64,000 bases of DNA from a virus (taxonomy: Duplodnaviria > Caudoviricetes). Under the pieces are notes generated by a model. It worked only from the letters and a program-made list of their open reading frames with translations, ran no database searches and was not told where the DNA came from. Where the stretch lies: IMG/VR virus record IMGVR_UViG_3300021185_002017; one strand, 5' to 3'. The position numbers were made by a program, and so were the translations under genes. This document shows positions 46,433 to 55,424 of the stretch, one piece after another; position 1 is the first letter of the stretch; each line of letters opens with the position of its first letter.

Positions 46433-48153
46433 TATATTAATTGCTCGCCTTCTGCCGGTGGAACCGTATTATCTGTAGTTGTATTTATGCCATCTGCCCC
46501 TAAAGCAGGATCTTCAAGCCCAGAAAGGTCCGGTTCTGCATTAATATCAACTGCTGCATCAGGTTCTGGTCTAACACCTATGTTTTTAAGTGCGGCTGCT
46601 TTCTCATTATCTTGATATTTTTGATAATCGTTCTCTTCACGCCACATCTCTTCGTTGCTCTTCATTTCGTTGTCGCTTAGACCCATATACTTTTGTAAAG
46701 CAAATCGCTTACTCATATAAGGTAACTGTGCAACCTGATTAAACATTTGAGCTCTTTCTGTATTAAGTTGTAGTTCTCTATAACTACTAAAGTTCATTGG
46801 CTTATTAAACAACATTCTAAATGTGCCGTTATCAATGTCAATGCCTTTGAACTTTAAGAAAAGTTTAAATTCTCTGTCTAAATCTTCTTGTACTTGTTTT
46901 TGTAGTCTTTCAACATATTTTGCAAATCTATATTCCTGAATGTATGCAACACCTACTTTACCATCGTTGTAAGTAGCACTTCCATCGTCTGGTCCTGTTG
47001 GCAAATAACTAGCAGGAATACGCAAACCTCTTAATAGTTTGTTATTAAAGTATCTTAAGTCGTCTATTTGTCCTAAGTTCTCACCACCTGGTAGTGTATC
47101 AACTTTGGAACCTCTGCCGTCTGCTGTTTGTGCAAAGAAGTAGTCTTCTAACATGCTCATTGGATTGTATGCACTGTCTGTTACACTGCTACCGTCGCCT
47201 TTGCTGTTAGGTACTCGTTTTTGTTGTACTTCGTATTTTACTCGTTCTAAGTATTGCTGTGCTTTGTGTGCAGGCATGTTACCTACATCAATAAAGAATA
47301 CTCTTCTTTCAGGTGCTCTATGCACTCTGTAAATAATAATTGAATCTTCTAATAGTTCTTTTTGCTTGAACACTTTAAAGATAGGTTCAAGTATGCTAAC
47401 ACCAAATGGCCATGCATGGTCCATTCCTTCTGTTAAACTAACATGCACAACATGTTTTGCATCAACTGGAACACCTTCGCCGGCACCCTCAACTGAGCCT
47501 GTCATGTAGTTGTTGCTTACAGTGTTAGTAGGACTCATTATGCCTGTTAAGCCTTGTCCACTACCATATGGTCTAGCATGTAATGCTGCTGGGTCTGTTG
47601 CAACTTGTTCTGCAAAGTTTGCTTCTAGGTTTTTAATAAAGTATTGCTCTATCTTCTTACCTTCACTTTCGTTAACAACAACCTTTTCAATGTTTGCAGG
47701 ATCTACCCAGTACAATTCATATGTTTCTGGATCTCTGATAAAGAACTGGTCTCCGTACTTACATGTGCTACGGAACATTCTAAATGCACGTTTATGCATT
47801 TTATTTAATCTTACCCAATTATGTAATGTCTTATCTATAATTTTTGCTTCTGTATCACTCGGAGAGGACAAAAAGTCAATAGTAAAAGGTAATCCGGAAT
47901 AATCGTTTTCTTGTGTGCCAAATTCAGCAATAGTATCTAACGCCGCATTTACTTCTAAGTCTGAATCCATTTGATCGTACTGAACATAACGCATAAGCCT
48001 ATTAGGGCTACCTGCATATACTTCTGGCAACCAACTATTAAACCTGCTTGTTGCCGCCGCACCAAATGTGCCGTCTGCCTTATCTGCACCCGTTTGGATG
48101 TTTAAAGGTAAACCTGAGTTATCAAAGGGTGTAAAATGCTTTCGCCAGCTCAT
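46432..48153 (-). CDS. gp20: Portal protein (gp20-like)
   Basis: EDSIIIYR..RAPERRVFFIDVGNMP..KA.QY, SMLEDYF...R...V.TLPGG.NLG...D..YF..KL.R.L.IP.S; GATAAATA at 48184-48191. Confidence 0.95.
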   Translation of the reverse strand: MSWRKHFTPFDNSGLPLNIQTGADKADGTFGAAATSRFNSWLPEVYAGSPNRLMRYVQYDQMDSDLEVNAALDTIAEFGTQENDYSGLPFTIDFLSSPSDTEAKIIDKTLHNWVRLNKMHKRAFRMFRSTCKYGDQFFIRDPETYELYWVDPANIEKVVVNESEGKKIEQYFIKNLEANFAEQVATDPAALHARPYGSGQGLTGIMSPTNTVSNNYMTGSVEGAGEGVPVDAKHVVHVSLTEGMDHAWPFGVSILEPIFKVFKQKELLEDSIIIYRVHRAPERRVFFIDVGNMPAHKAQQYLERVKYEVQQKRVPNSKGDGSSVTDSAYNPMSMLEDYFFAQTADGRGSKVDTLPGGENLGQIDDLRYFNNKLLRGLRIPASYLPTGPDDGSATYNDGKVGVAYIQEYRFAKYVERLQKQVQEDLDREFKLFLKFKGIDIDNGTFRMLFNKPMNFSSYRELQLNTERAQMFNQVAQLPYMSKRFALQKYMGLSDNEMKSNEEMWREENDYQKYQDNEKAAALKNIGVRPEPDAAVDINAEPDLSGLEDPALGADGINTTTDNTVPPAEGEQLI

Positions 48154-48228
48154 AAATCTAATAGTCCTGTCTTATTATAATACTATTTATCAACTATTTT
48201 AAAGTATAAAATTTAATATTGGCTGTGG

Positions 48229-51200
48229 TTAGAAACTGTCTGAAAGATTTCCAGTAAGTTTGTTACCTGATCTAAGTAGTTTATTTGTTTGTTCTTGGTT
48301 TTTAACCATTTGCTCAAATAACTCTTTGTTTGATGTTCCTGGTATTTCTGCTGCTTTGCCGCCTGTGTCTGCTTCTGCTTGTGCTGTTTTTAGTTCTGGT
48401 TGCTGTGTTTGTACTGTTTCGCCTACAGGATTCATTGCTTTAGCAACACTAGGCGCCTGTGCTCTAGCTCTGGCTGCATCTTCTGGAGATACAGTAGAAG
48501 CCATGCCGCCTTGTTTCATTGTATCTCGTCTGCCTGCTCCTCTTGCTTTAGCACGTTCGAACGGAGTCATTTCTGCACGAGTTTTAGTTACTGCTCCTGT
48601 GTCTACTTCTGCTCGTTTAGCATTATCGAGATCCATTTGTGCTAATGCTACTTCGCCGTCTAATGCTGTCTGCTCAGTGATATCTGCAAAATCATTTATA
48701 CCTTTTGCCTGTGCTGCAACTGCTGCATCTAATGCTTTCTGTGCTTCTTCTACAGATGGTGTATCTGGCGATACCATAAGATCATCGCCGTACTCTGCAC
48801 TAAACGATGCACCTGTGTAGCCTTCTTGTTTGCTAGGAGTTGTTGTATCAGTAGGTGTTGGTTGCTCTTGTTGTATCGGACCAAATGTTTTCATAGCAGC
48901 CATCTTCATCAAGTCCATCATGTTGATGTTGTCCATGGACTCGTTTAATGTGTCTATGCCTTCTGCTAAATGTGCAAACTGTTTTCCTGCTGCTTTGCCG
49001 TCTAACTGCTCCATTGCTGTATTAAAGTTTTCAACTGTTTGGCCCATGTTGTTCATGTTCTCTGTCATTGAAACTATTGCCGGTGCTGCCGCTCCAATCT
49101 TAGCAAGTTTATCAAACGGTGATTCAGAACCAAACAAACTACCTAGTCCATCAAGTACTCCGCTAATTAATCCACCTGCACTAAATGCTGCCATACCAGC
49201 CGCTAGTGATACTAAACCAGGTCCTAGTAATAATACATTTTTAGGGTCTACATCGTTAAGCAGTTTGAAACTGCCCATTAGTTCAACCATTGCTGGGGCA
49301 GCAATTTTAACTGCAACTGCAAATGGAACAAGTGCTAAGCCTAATGCACCAATTGCTAATGCACCTACGCCTATTACTGGTGCTATAGGTGCTAACAAGA
49401 ATGCTGCCGCTCCTAATACACCTAATGCTACTGCACCTGCGGCTACGCCTGCCCAGTTAATGTCTGCAAACTGTTGGAATGCTTTTCCTGCAACAAACAT
49501 TGCTCCGCCTAATGCACCTAATACAACTGTACCTAGTAATGCTTTAGGATCTCCTAAAACTTTTAAACCTTGTCCTAAACCTGTTAATGTTCCTTTTAAT
49601 AAGCCGCCTATACCTGCACCAATACCTTTACCTGCATCGCCTATGCCTTTGGCTAATGAACTTATGCTTTTTTGTATGCCTTTAGCAATATTGCTTACAG
49701 AGTTGCTAATACCTTTGCTTAAATTTGTTAGCACATCAGATATACCTTTGGATATATCTTTCATGCCTGTTGCTAATGACTTTGTAAAGCTCTTAGATTT
49801 TTTACTTGCAGTGTCCATGGCTTTTGAACCCATGTCCATTTCTTTTGCTTTGCCTGTGATCTTGTCTTTGGCTTTACCAAACAAGCCATCAAGTTTGCCG
49901 CCTGTTGCTTTGCTTATACCGCCTGTGACTTTGCCCATCATGTTCTTAGCACCATCCATCAAAGACTTGCCCATGTTAGCAAACATCGATGGCATTGTTT
50001 TACCAAAGAGGCCTAACGCACCGCTTAATACTTTAAAGCCTACTACGCCCAGTGTTACTACACCTAGCAGTTTACCTAGCATATTACTAAGTCTTAGTCC
50101 GCTACTTTCTCCGTCACCGAAGATATTTGCTAATGCAGAAACTTTTTCTCCTAAGTAAGAGAAGACGGAAGTAATTGGACTTAACACTGCCATAACAGTA
50201 TCTAATGCTGATGCAAGTACTTTAAATGCAAATACAACTGGGCCAATGAAAACACCTAGCACTTTCATAACACTCATAAAGCCTTTACCGAACGACATGA
50301 TACCTGAACCAATATCTTTTGCTGTTTGTATCATATCCGGTATTTTTTTAATAAAGTCTGCAATATATTCTGCGGCAGTTCCTATCATAGGTATTAATCG
50401 TTCGCCGAACGATTTACCTAAACTTTTAGCACCTTTTGTTAAATCAGTAACACCTTCGAGATTTTTCATACCAAAGATTTCGCCAATTACTGGCATCAAT
50501 GCTTCGCTGATTGTTTTTTGTGCTGATTCAAATGCTTTAGTTAGTTTGCCTGTCTTGCCGCCAAGTTTACCTAAGTCGCCTACAGCATTACCTAGCCCAC
50601 CTAAGAAGCCTAATTTTAAACTTTCAAAGATACCAGTAATCTCTTTCATTATCTTAGATAATGTATTAGTACCGGTTTGTACGCCGTCCATGGTTAAACC
50701 TGCACCCATGTCTTTAATCTTTTTAGCAGATGCTTCAAATTGTATAATGGCTTTTGCCATACTAGCGGCCTGTGCGTCACCTGCTCTGTCTAGTAAGAAT
50801 ACTCTTTGTTTTTCTGCATCGGACAAATTACCAAGTTGCTGAGTCATGTCTAACGCCATTTGTTCAGCGTCTTCTTGACTTAGTGTACCGTTTTTAATTT
50901 GCTTAATGTAATCATTCATTGGGCCTGCTAAACTAGGCAGTGTTCTAATGTACCCAGTCATGCTTTCACTGAAGCCCATTGCGCCACTTGCCGCTGCTTC
51001 TGTCATTGCGGCTGCAATTGCTCCGCCTTCTTCTCCGCCCATAGCTCTCATAGTACTACCAAAATCAGTAATACCTGAGATAACTTTACCTCTTAATTCT
51101 TTGTCAAACTTTAACAAACTAGATGTAAGTACTGGAGTTTGCTGTATTAAACTGTCTGTAAACGCAACTATGTTATCAACACTTTCACCAAGTACTGATG

Positions 51201-52059
51201 CATATTTTTGTTGTGTTTTAATAGTTCTAGTAACTTGCTGAGTCATTCTAGTTTGATTCATTCCGTCTAGAATACCCATTGCTCTTCGTTTTTGCAACTC
51301 AGCACCCATACGCTCAACACTGTCATCTAGACTCATGCCTAATTCTACACCACTGTTTGTTGCATCCATAAATGCACCAGTGAGTTCAGTAAATGCTTTT
51401 TTGCTCATTGTTTGAACAACACCAGAGAAGTTACCAAGTGTTGCCGCGGCATCTATACCCATTGTGCTTAGGTCTGCCATTGCATCAGCGGCACTCATGC
51501 CACCTTGCCCTACACTGTCAGTAAATCCTGCACCTACTTTAGTAAGTTCGTTTAGTGTTCCGCCTAATCCCATAAAGGAATCTACAAGCATTGTGCCGTA
51601 TATAGTAATTGCTGCTATAGTACCTGTGATTGCTGTAGACGCTGTTTCGTACATTTTAACAAAAGCAGTTTCGCCTATTGCGGCACCTTTGTTAAATTTA
51701 TCTAGTGATGCTGCTGCACCATCGGCTGCGGCTGAAATTTTACCAGGACTACCACCACCGTTAGTAACTGTAGGAGGTCCTGCAGGTGCACCTGGTGCTG
51801 GTTTGTTTTTAGCAAATTCTTTACCTAATCCTTCAGTTACCTTGTGTAAGAGGTCTCCATCTTTAATTAGTTCTTTATGACGCTTTTCTGCATCTTTAGA
51901 ATCGGATTTTGCTTGTTCGAGTAATGCTTTAAGGCCTTCTTTGTTTTCTTTTGTTAAAGTCGTCAACATTGTCAGCATTGAATCTGCTGTACTTTCTAAA
52001 CTCCAATCAGGTACAATTGCCTGCGACCCATCTGGTAAATCTATTCTCAACGATGCCAT
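48229..52059 (-). CDS. Tape-measure-like protein
   Basis: 1276 aa, A/G/M/K-rich helical protein with hydrophobic patches; GATAAATA at 52083-52090; adjacent to gp26/gp51-like genes. Confidence 0.75.
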   Translation of the reverse strand: MASLRIDLPDGSQAIVPDWSLESTADSMLTMLTTLTKENKEGLKALLEQAKSDSKDAEKRHKELIKDGDLLHKVTEGLGKEFAKNKPAPGAPAGPPTVTNGGGSPGKISAAADGAAASLDKFNKGAAIGETAFVKMYETASTAITGTIAAITIYGTMLVDSFMGLGGTLNELTKVGAGFTDSVGQGGMSAADAMADLSTMGIDAAATLGNFSGVVQTMSKKAFTELTGAFMDATNSGVELGMSLDDSVERMGAELQKRRAMGILDGMNQTRMTQQVTRTIKTQQKYASVLGESVDNIVAFTDSLIQQTPVLTSSLLKFDKELRGKVISGITDFGSTMRAMGGEEGGAIAAAMTEAAASGAMGFSESMTGYIRTLPSLAGPMNDYIKQIKNGTLSQEDAEQMALDMTQQLGNLSDAEKQRVFLLDRAGDAQAASMAKAIIQFEASAKKIKDMGAGLTMDGVQTGTNTLSKIMKEITGIFESLKLGFLGGLGNAVGDLGKLGGKTGKLTKAFESAQKTISEALMPVIGEIFGMKNLEGVTDLTKGAKSLGKSFGERLIPMIGTAAEYIADFIKKIPDMIQTAKDIGSGIMSFGKGFMSVMKVLGVFIGPVVFAFKVLASALDTVMAVLSPITSVFSYLGEKVSALANIFGDGESSGLRLSNMLGKLLGVVTLGVVGFKVLSGALGLFGKTMPSMFANMGKSLMDGAKNMMGKVTGGISKATGGKLDGLFGKAKDKITGKAKEMDMGSKAMDTASKKSKSFTKSLATGMKDISKGISDVLTNLSKGISNSVSNIAKGIQKSISSLAKGIGDAGKGIGAGIGGLLKGTLTGLGQGLKVLGDPKALLGTVVLGALGGAMFVAGKAFQQFADINWAGVAAGAVALGVLGAAAFLLAPIAPVIGVGALAIGALGLALVPFAVAVKIAAPAMVELMGSFKLLNDVDPKNVLLLGPGLVSLAAGMAAFSAGGLISGVLDGLGSLFGSESPFDKLAKIGAAAPAIVSMTENMNNMGQTVENFNTAMEQLDGKAAGKQFAHLAEGIDTLNESMDNINMMDLMKMAAMKTFGPIQQEQPTPTDTTTPSKQEGYTGASFSAEYGDDLMVSPDTPSVEEAQKALDAAVAAQAKGINDFADITEQTALDGEVALAQMDLDNAKRAEVDTGAVTKTRAEMTPFERAKARGAGRRDTMKQGGMASTVSPEDAARARAQAPSVAKAMNPVGETVQTQQPELKTAQAEADTGGKAAEIPGTSNKELFEQMVKNQEQTNKLLRSGNKLTGNLSDSF

Positions 52060-52219
52060 TAAGTTTCCTCTTTAACTGCAAGTATTTATCTGAAAAATTA
52101 AAACTAGGTTTAATACTGAATTACCTATAATTTAAAACCCTGTTTAACAGAACCGATAAATATGTAGTTAAAGAAGTAATAGTACATAATGTGCTAGTAC
52201 AAATTTAGGATGATAACAT

Positions 52220-53089
52220 ATGACAAACAAACACAATCCATTAAGTTCGCATTTTAGAGCACCTAAACTTTTTGCACCTATTCCAAGTGCTGGAAAGTTT
52301 TACGACACTTCTGTGTTGGAAATGCCTGAAACGCTAGAACTACCTATATTTGCTATGACAGCAAAAGACGAAATGATTATGAAGAATCCTGATGCACTAC
52401 TAAACGGCGAGGCAGTTGCACAGGTTGTACACAGTTGTGTACCTAATGTCAAGAATGCTAGAGCAATGTTAAGCAGTGATATTGATGTATTACTAGTTGC
52501 TATACAAGGTGCCACATACGGCGATGAAGTAGAAGTAACTGCAGAATGCCCAAATTGTAATGAAGACCAAACCGGTGTTGCAAGTGTTGAAGAAGCAATT
52601 AGTAGCATGGGTACTCTAGAAGAAGAGTATGTTGTAGAGCATGACGGGTTAAAAATTCAAATACGACCTTTTACTTATGCCAGCACAATACAAGCAGGTA
52701 TTACAAATTTCCAAAGCACTAGAAGTTTACAAGCATTAGCAGATGTTCCAGATGAAATGGAAAGACTAAGTTTGTTTAACAACAACTTCAAGCAGATTGC
52801 TGCATTAAACTTTAGTTTAATAGTAGACAGTGTTTCAAGTGTTAGTTTCACAGACGAAGAAGGCGAGGAACAAATTGTTACTGACAGAAATCATATCACA
52901 GAATTTTTAGACAATGCAGACAGCAAGATTGGTAAATCAATCGAAGACAAAATTGCAGAGCTAAACAGCATTGGTATTAATCATGAAATGAAAATGCAAT
53001 GCGAAAAATGTCAGGAAGATAACGGTGAACCAGTAGTGTTCGAAAGCCGTGTAAACTTTGACCCAGTAAATTTTTTCACAGCTTCCTAG
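52220..53089 (+). CDS. gp26: Baseplate hub / tail assembly chaperone (gp26-like)
   Basis: PSAGKFY, MTAKDE, D.D.LLVAI..ATYG, CPNC and CEKC motifs; GATAAATA at 52155-52162. Confidence 0.8.
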   Translation: MTNKHNPLSSHFRAPKLFAPIPSAGKFYDTSVLEMPETLELPIFAMTAKDEMIMKNPDALLNGEAVAQVVHSCVPNVKNARAMLSSDIDVLLVAIQGATYGDEVEVTAECPNCNEDQTGVASVEEAISSMGTLEEEYVVEHDGLKIQIRPFTYASTIQAGITNFQSTRSLQALADVPDEMERLSLFNNNFKQIAALNFSLIVDSVSSVSFTDEEGEEQIVTDRNHITEFLDNADSKIGKSIEDKIAELNSIGINHEMKMQCEKCQEDNGEPVVFESRVNFDPVNFFTAS

Positions 53090-53132
53090 CAACCTCCGAA
53101 CCAGAGGACATAGTGGCGTACCTAGGTAAGCT
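53068..53132 (+). other. Candidate programmed -1 frameshift (gp26 to gp51 fusion)
   Basis: Overlapping slippery heptamers A_AAT_TTT and T_TTT_TTC, downstream 10 bp stem, and an open -1 frame continuous with 53113-53307. Confidence 0.65.
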
Positions 53133-53307
53133 CAAAGACGATCAAACTGCCCTAAGCAAAAACATTGCTGAATTAGTAATATACAGTGAAGGTGCAGTTT
53201 CCTGGTCAGAGGCTTGGCATATCCCACCCTTAGATAGAGACCTGCTAATTAAAACACTTAATAAATTCAATAACGCCAAAGCAGGCAACAATAACGAAAT
53301 GCTCTAA
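53113..53307 (+). CDS. gp51-like baseplate assembly protein / C-terminal frameshift extension of gp26
   Basis: V..SE...SWSEAW.IP..DR.LLI pattern resembles gp51 and T-type chaperone tails; GTG start with GAGGA RBS. Confidence 0.6.
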   Translation: MAYLGKLKDDQTALSKNIAELVIYSEGAVSWSEAWHIPPLDRDLLIKTLNKFNNAKAGNNNEML

Positions 53308-53335
53308 GCGGAACGCTGGTTACTTCCGTCCGCGC

Positions 53336-53452
53336 CTAAATTTTTTCAATACCGTTAAATGCTTCATGCCCCTCGAAGTACATTTGTATCATAACGTGGA
53401 TAGCAACATCTACAACCACTAACACAAAACACATTGTTAAGAAGACTGGCAT
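53336..53452 (-). CDS. 38 aa membrane micro-protein (not in ORF track)
   Basis: MPVFLTMCFVLVVVDVAIHVMIQMYFEGHEAFNGIEKI*; TAATG-coupled to the upstream lipoprotein. Confidence 0.55.
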   Translation of the reverse strand: MPVFLTMCFVLVVVDVAIHVMIQMYFEGHEAFNGIEKI

Positions 53453-53625
53453 TATGTTCTTTTAAATAGATCAGCTGCGTTACACTGTGGCTGGCTTCTG
53501 CAATCTCTAATATTATTTTGCCACATCACTGGGTCAGGCATCCAATCAAATTGGGGAGCTGGAGTTGTATATGTGGTTGAGTTGCATCCAGTCAGAATGA
53601 TTCCTAGCAATAGTAATCTTTTCAT
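53452..53625 (-). CDS. 57 aa Pro-rich lipoprotein (not in ORF track)
   Basis: AGAGGA RBS; MKRLLLLGIILTGC lipobox then NSTTYTTPAPQFDWMPDPVMWQNNIRDCRSQPQCNAADLFKRT*; CGTAAATA late-type motif at 53647-53654. Confidence 0.7.
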   Translation of the reverse strand: MKRLLLLGIILTGCNSTTYTTPAPQFDWMPDPVMWQNNIRDCRSQPQCNAADLFKRT

Positions 53626-53699
53626 GTTCTATTCCTCTTAGACTATTATTTACGCTCTAGCACACACAATAGTTTACAATGTTACAATTTATAACACTT

Positions 53700-54200
53700 T
53701 ATAGACACTTCGTGTCTTACCTTACGCATTCATTTGTTTCATTTCATGAAACGCATTCATTTGTAAGATATTTTTTTTAATTAAGAAGTTATCAAGAAAG
53801 TGGAGCCATAATTCACCTGTTGCCAGGTGAATAAAAAAATGGATGTCATCAAGATGAGCATCGCCATTTATATCTCGGGTGCTGTTAGGAACCGGTGAGC
53901 CTTCTGTCCCCATACACTACCGTCACTGTCTTTCGACCTCACGGAAATTTGTAAAACCTAGAATAATTTAGTTGAACAAATTTGCAGGTTGCTTTTTCTC
54001 ATTGCCTGCATCATTTTAAAGCCATAACGTTGTTTGCTTCTTACCGACTACAGTCCAGAATCTCGCACCGTGTTTAACGGATTGTCAAGGACGACAGTTT
54101 TATAGGCCCTGTCGGGGCGGTGTAGTTCCTTATGTAAGGGTTCTGTGAATTTGCCTGAATTTAGTTTGACTTGGTGTCTGTGTGTGCCTTGTTCGATATA
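53700..54200 (-). ncRNA. Candidate long structured non-coding RNA (unassigned)
   Basis: ~500 nt with no convincing gene, many nested stems and two GNRA-capped hairpins on the minus strand; no family recognised. Confidence 0.4.
53724..53764. repeat. 14 bp direct repeat ACGCATTCATTTGT x2
   Basis: Copies at 53724-53737 and 53751-53764. Confidence 0.85.
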
Positions 54201-54203
54201 TAG

Positions 54204-54629
54204 TTATATCTTTTTCATCGCTTCACGGAGGATTTGTGAACCTCCTACTCTGACATTTATTATACCATTATAATACTCGTCTGTCAAGAGAACTTTGCGA
54301 TTAAATTGTTCTTCTGCTTCTAAATAACTTGCAACGCCTCTACTTGGGCATATATGCAGTATCTCTCTTGTAAATTTATCCTCGCCTAGTTCTAAAACGT
54401 CTGCTTGGAGATGATCCGAGCTACCCCAATAGGTACGCCAGTCACTTTCTTTTGTGCCTCGGCGTTTGTTCTTTTTTCCTTTTAGTGGTGGCTTGGTTGT
54501 TTTAAATTTTGCTAATTTTTTGCCTATGTACTTTTTGTCGTTAGTTGTGTTTGTGATTAAGTATACAAATGCTTCACAACCTTCTGGAAGTGTGTCTATA
54601 GTTTTGTTTTTATAAGTCCATTGCGACAT
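54204..54629 (-). CDS. GIY-YIG family endonuclease-like protein
   Basis: FVYLITN...KKYIGKK, ESDWRTYWGSS, F.REIL..C motifs typical of stand-alone T4-like GIY-YIG proteins. Confidence 0.85.
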   Translation of the reverse strand: MSQWTYKNKTIDTLPEGCEAFVYLITNTTNDKKYIGKKLAKFKTTKPPLKGKKNKRRGTKESDWRTYWGSSDHLQADVLELGEDKFTREILHICPSRGVASYLEAEEQFNRKVLLTDEYYNGIINVRVGGSQILREAMKKI

Positions 54630-54638
54630 AGTACATAG

Positions 54639-55424
54639 TTATCTACTGCCAATGCTATGCACGAACTTATATCGGCTAATCTGTTCTAAGTCGGGTTTGT
54701 GTGTAAGTTTACCTAACTCAATATATCCTATTGCTAATTTTGGGTCGTCAATTGGGTGTGGCAGTTTGTGTGCAATTTGCATACACCAACGCTTTACATG
54801 TTTTGTAACTGCTTTTGCATCAACACACTGATCTGGTGCAAACCATGCAAGTAAATCGCTTTTAACTATGCTAGTGGGAATTATATGTTCTGGTGGAACA
54901 TCTACATCATTGTCGTAGCATATTTCCATTATGTGCTTACCTACATGTGGATAGTTCATGTACAAATAATTATCTAGTCTAGTAGGCGAAAACAATTCGT
55001 AATCACTGTCCTCTAATGGTTGAGGTGAAGGCTCGCCTGTTGCTGTACTAATTAAGAAGCGTCTATTTTTATTGCTTGTTATATCTTCTAAATGATGTAA
55101 GTGATAGTTAAACATACTAAGCCACTCTCGTAACTCTCCTGTTTCATTGTGTACATGGTCCGGGAAGTTTTCGTGTAGTCTATTTAGATCATCACTGCCT
55201 GTGAATATTTCAGGCTTGATGCGTTTGATGTTTTCTATACTGTGATCTAAGTTTGCTTGTACTTCTGCTATTGTTTCGCCCCAGTTATAAAACTGAGTAC
55301 GACTTACAAACTCGTAATTGTTATCTTTGTAGTTGTTCCAAATTACTTCAGCAATACGGTTGTCAAATAGTTCGTATGTGAGTGTGTACTCTGCATTACG
55401 GCCTAAGTGTATATCAATCCACAT
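54639..55424 (-). CDS. Hypothetical protein
   Basis: 261 aa ORF overlapping the gp46 stop; LNRLH.NF...FNYHLHHLE segment. Confidence 0.7.
   Translation of the reverse strand: MWIDIHLGRNAEYTLTYELFDNRIAEVIWNNYKDNNYEFVSRTQFYNWGETIAEVQANLDHSIENIKRIKPEIFTGSDDLNRLHENFPDHVHNETGELREWLSMFNYHLHHLEDITSNKNRRFLISTATGEPSPQPLEDSDYELFSPTRLDNYLYMNYPHVGKHIMEICYDNDVDVPPEHIIPTSIVKSDLLAWFAPDQCVDAKAVTKHVKRWCMQIAHKLPHPIDDPKLAIGYIELGKLTHKPDLEQISRYKFVHSIGSR

Noticed and set aside
48260-51880. Long antisense ORFs (e.g. 48830-50158, 43856-44383, 26751-27452, 10191-10616) as overlapping genes
   Set aside because: They mirror well-supported genes on the other strand, lack RBS/promoter context and give low-complexity S/L/P-rich translations typical of antisense shadows.
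53722-53913. 63 aa ORF in the non-coding region
   Set aside because: No clear RBS or motif, and it crosses several hairpins; more likely incidental, though not excluded.
54040-54130. Group I or group II intron suggested by GACTACAGTCC and GAGCC/CGGTTC-like words
   Set aside because: The P/Q/R/S elements or a domain V helix could not be assembled in the right order, and no interrupted gene flanks the region.
54204-54629. GIY-YIG gene as a recently inserted mobile homing endonuclease
   Set aside because: It is short, lacks an evident DNA-binding tail, does not interrupt a gene and resembles the stand-alone type common in T4-like phages.
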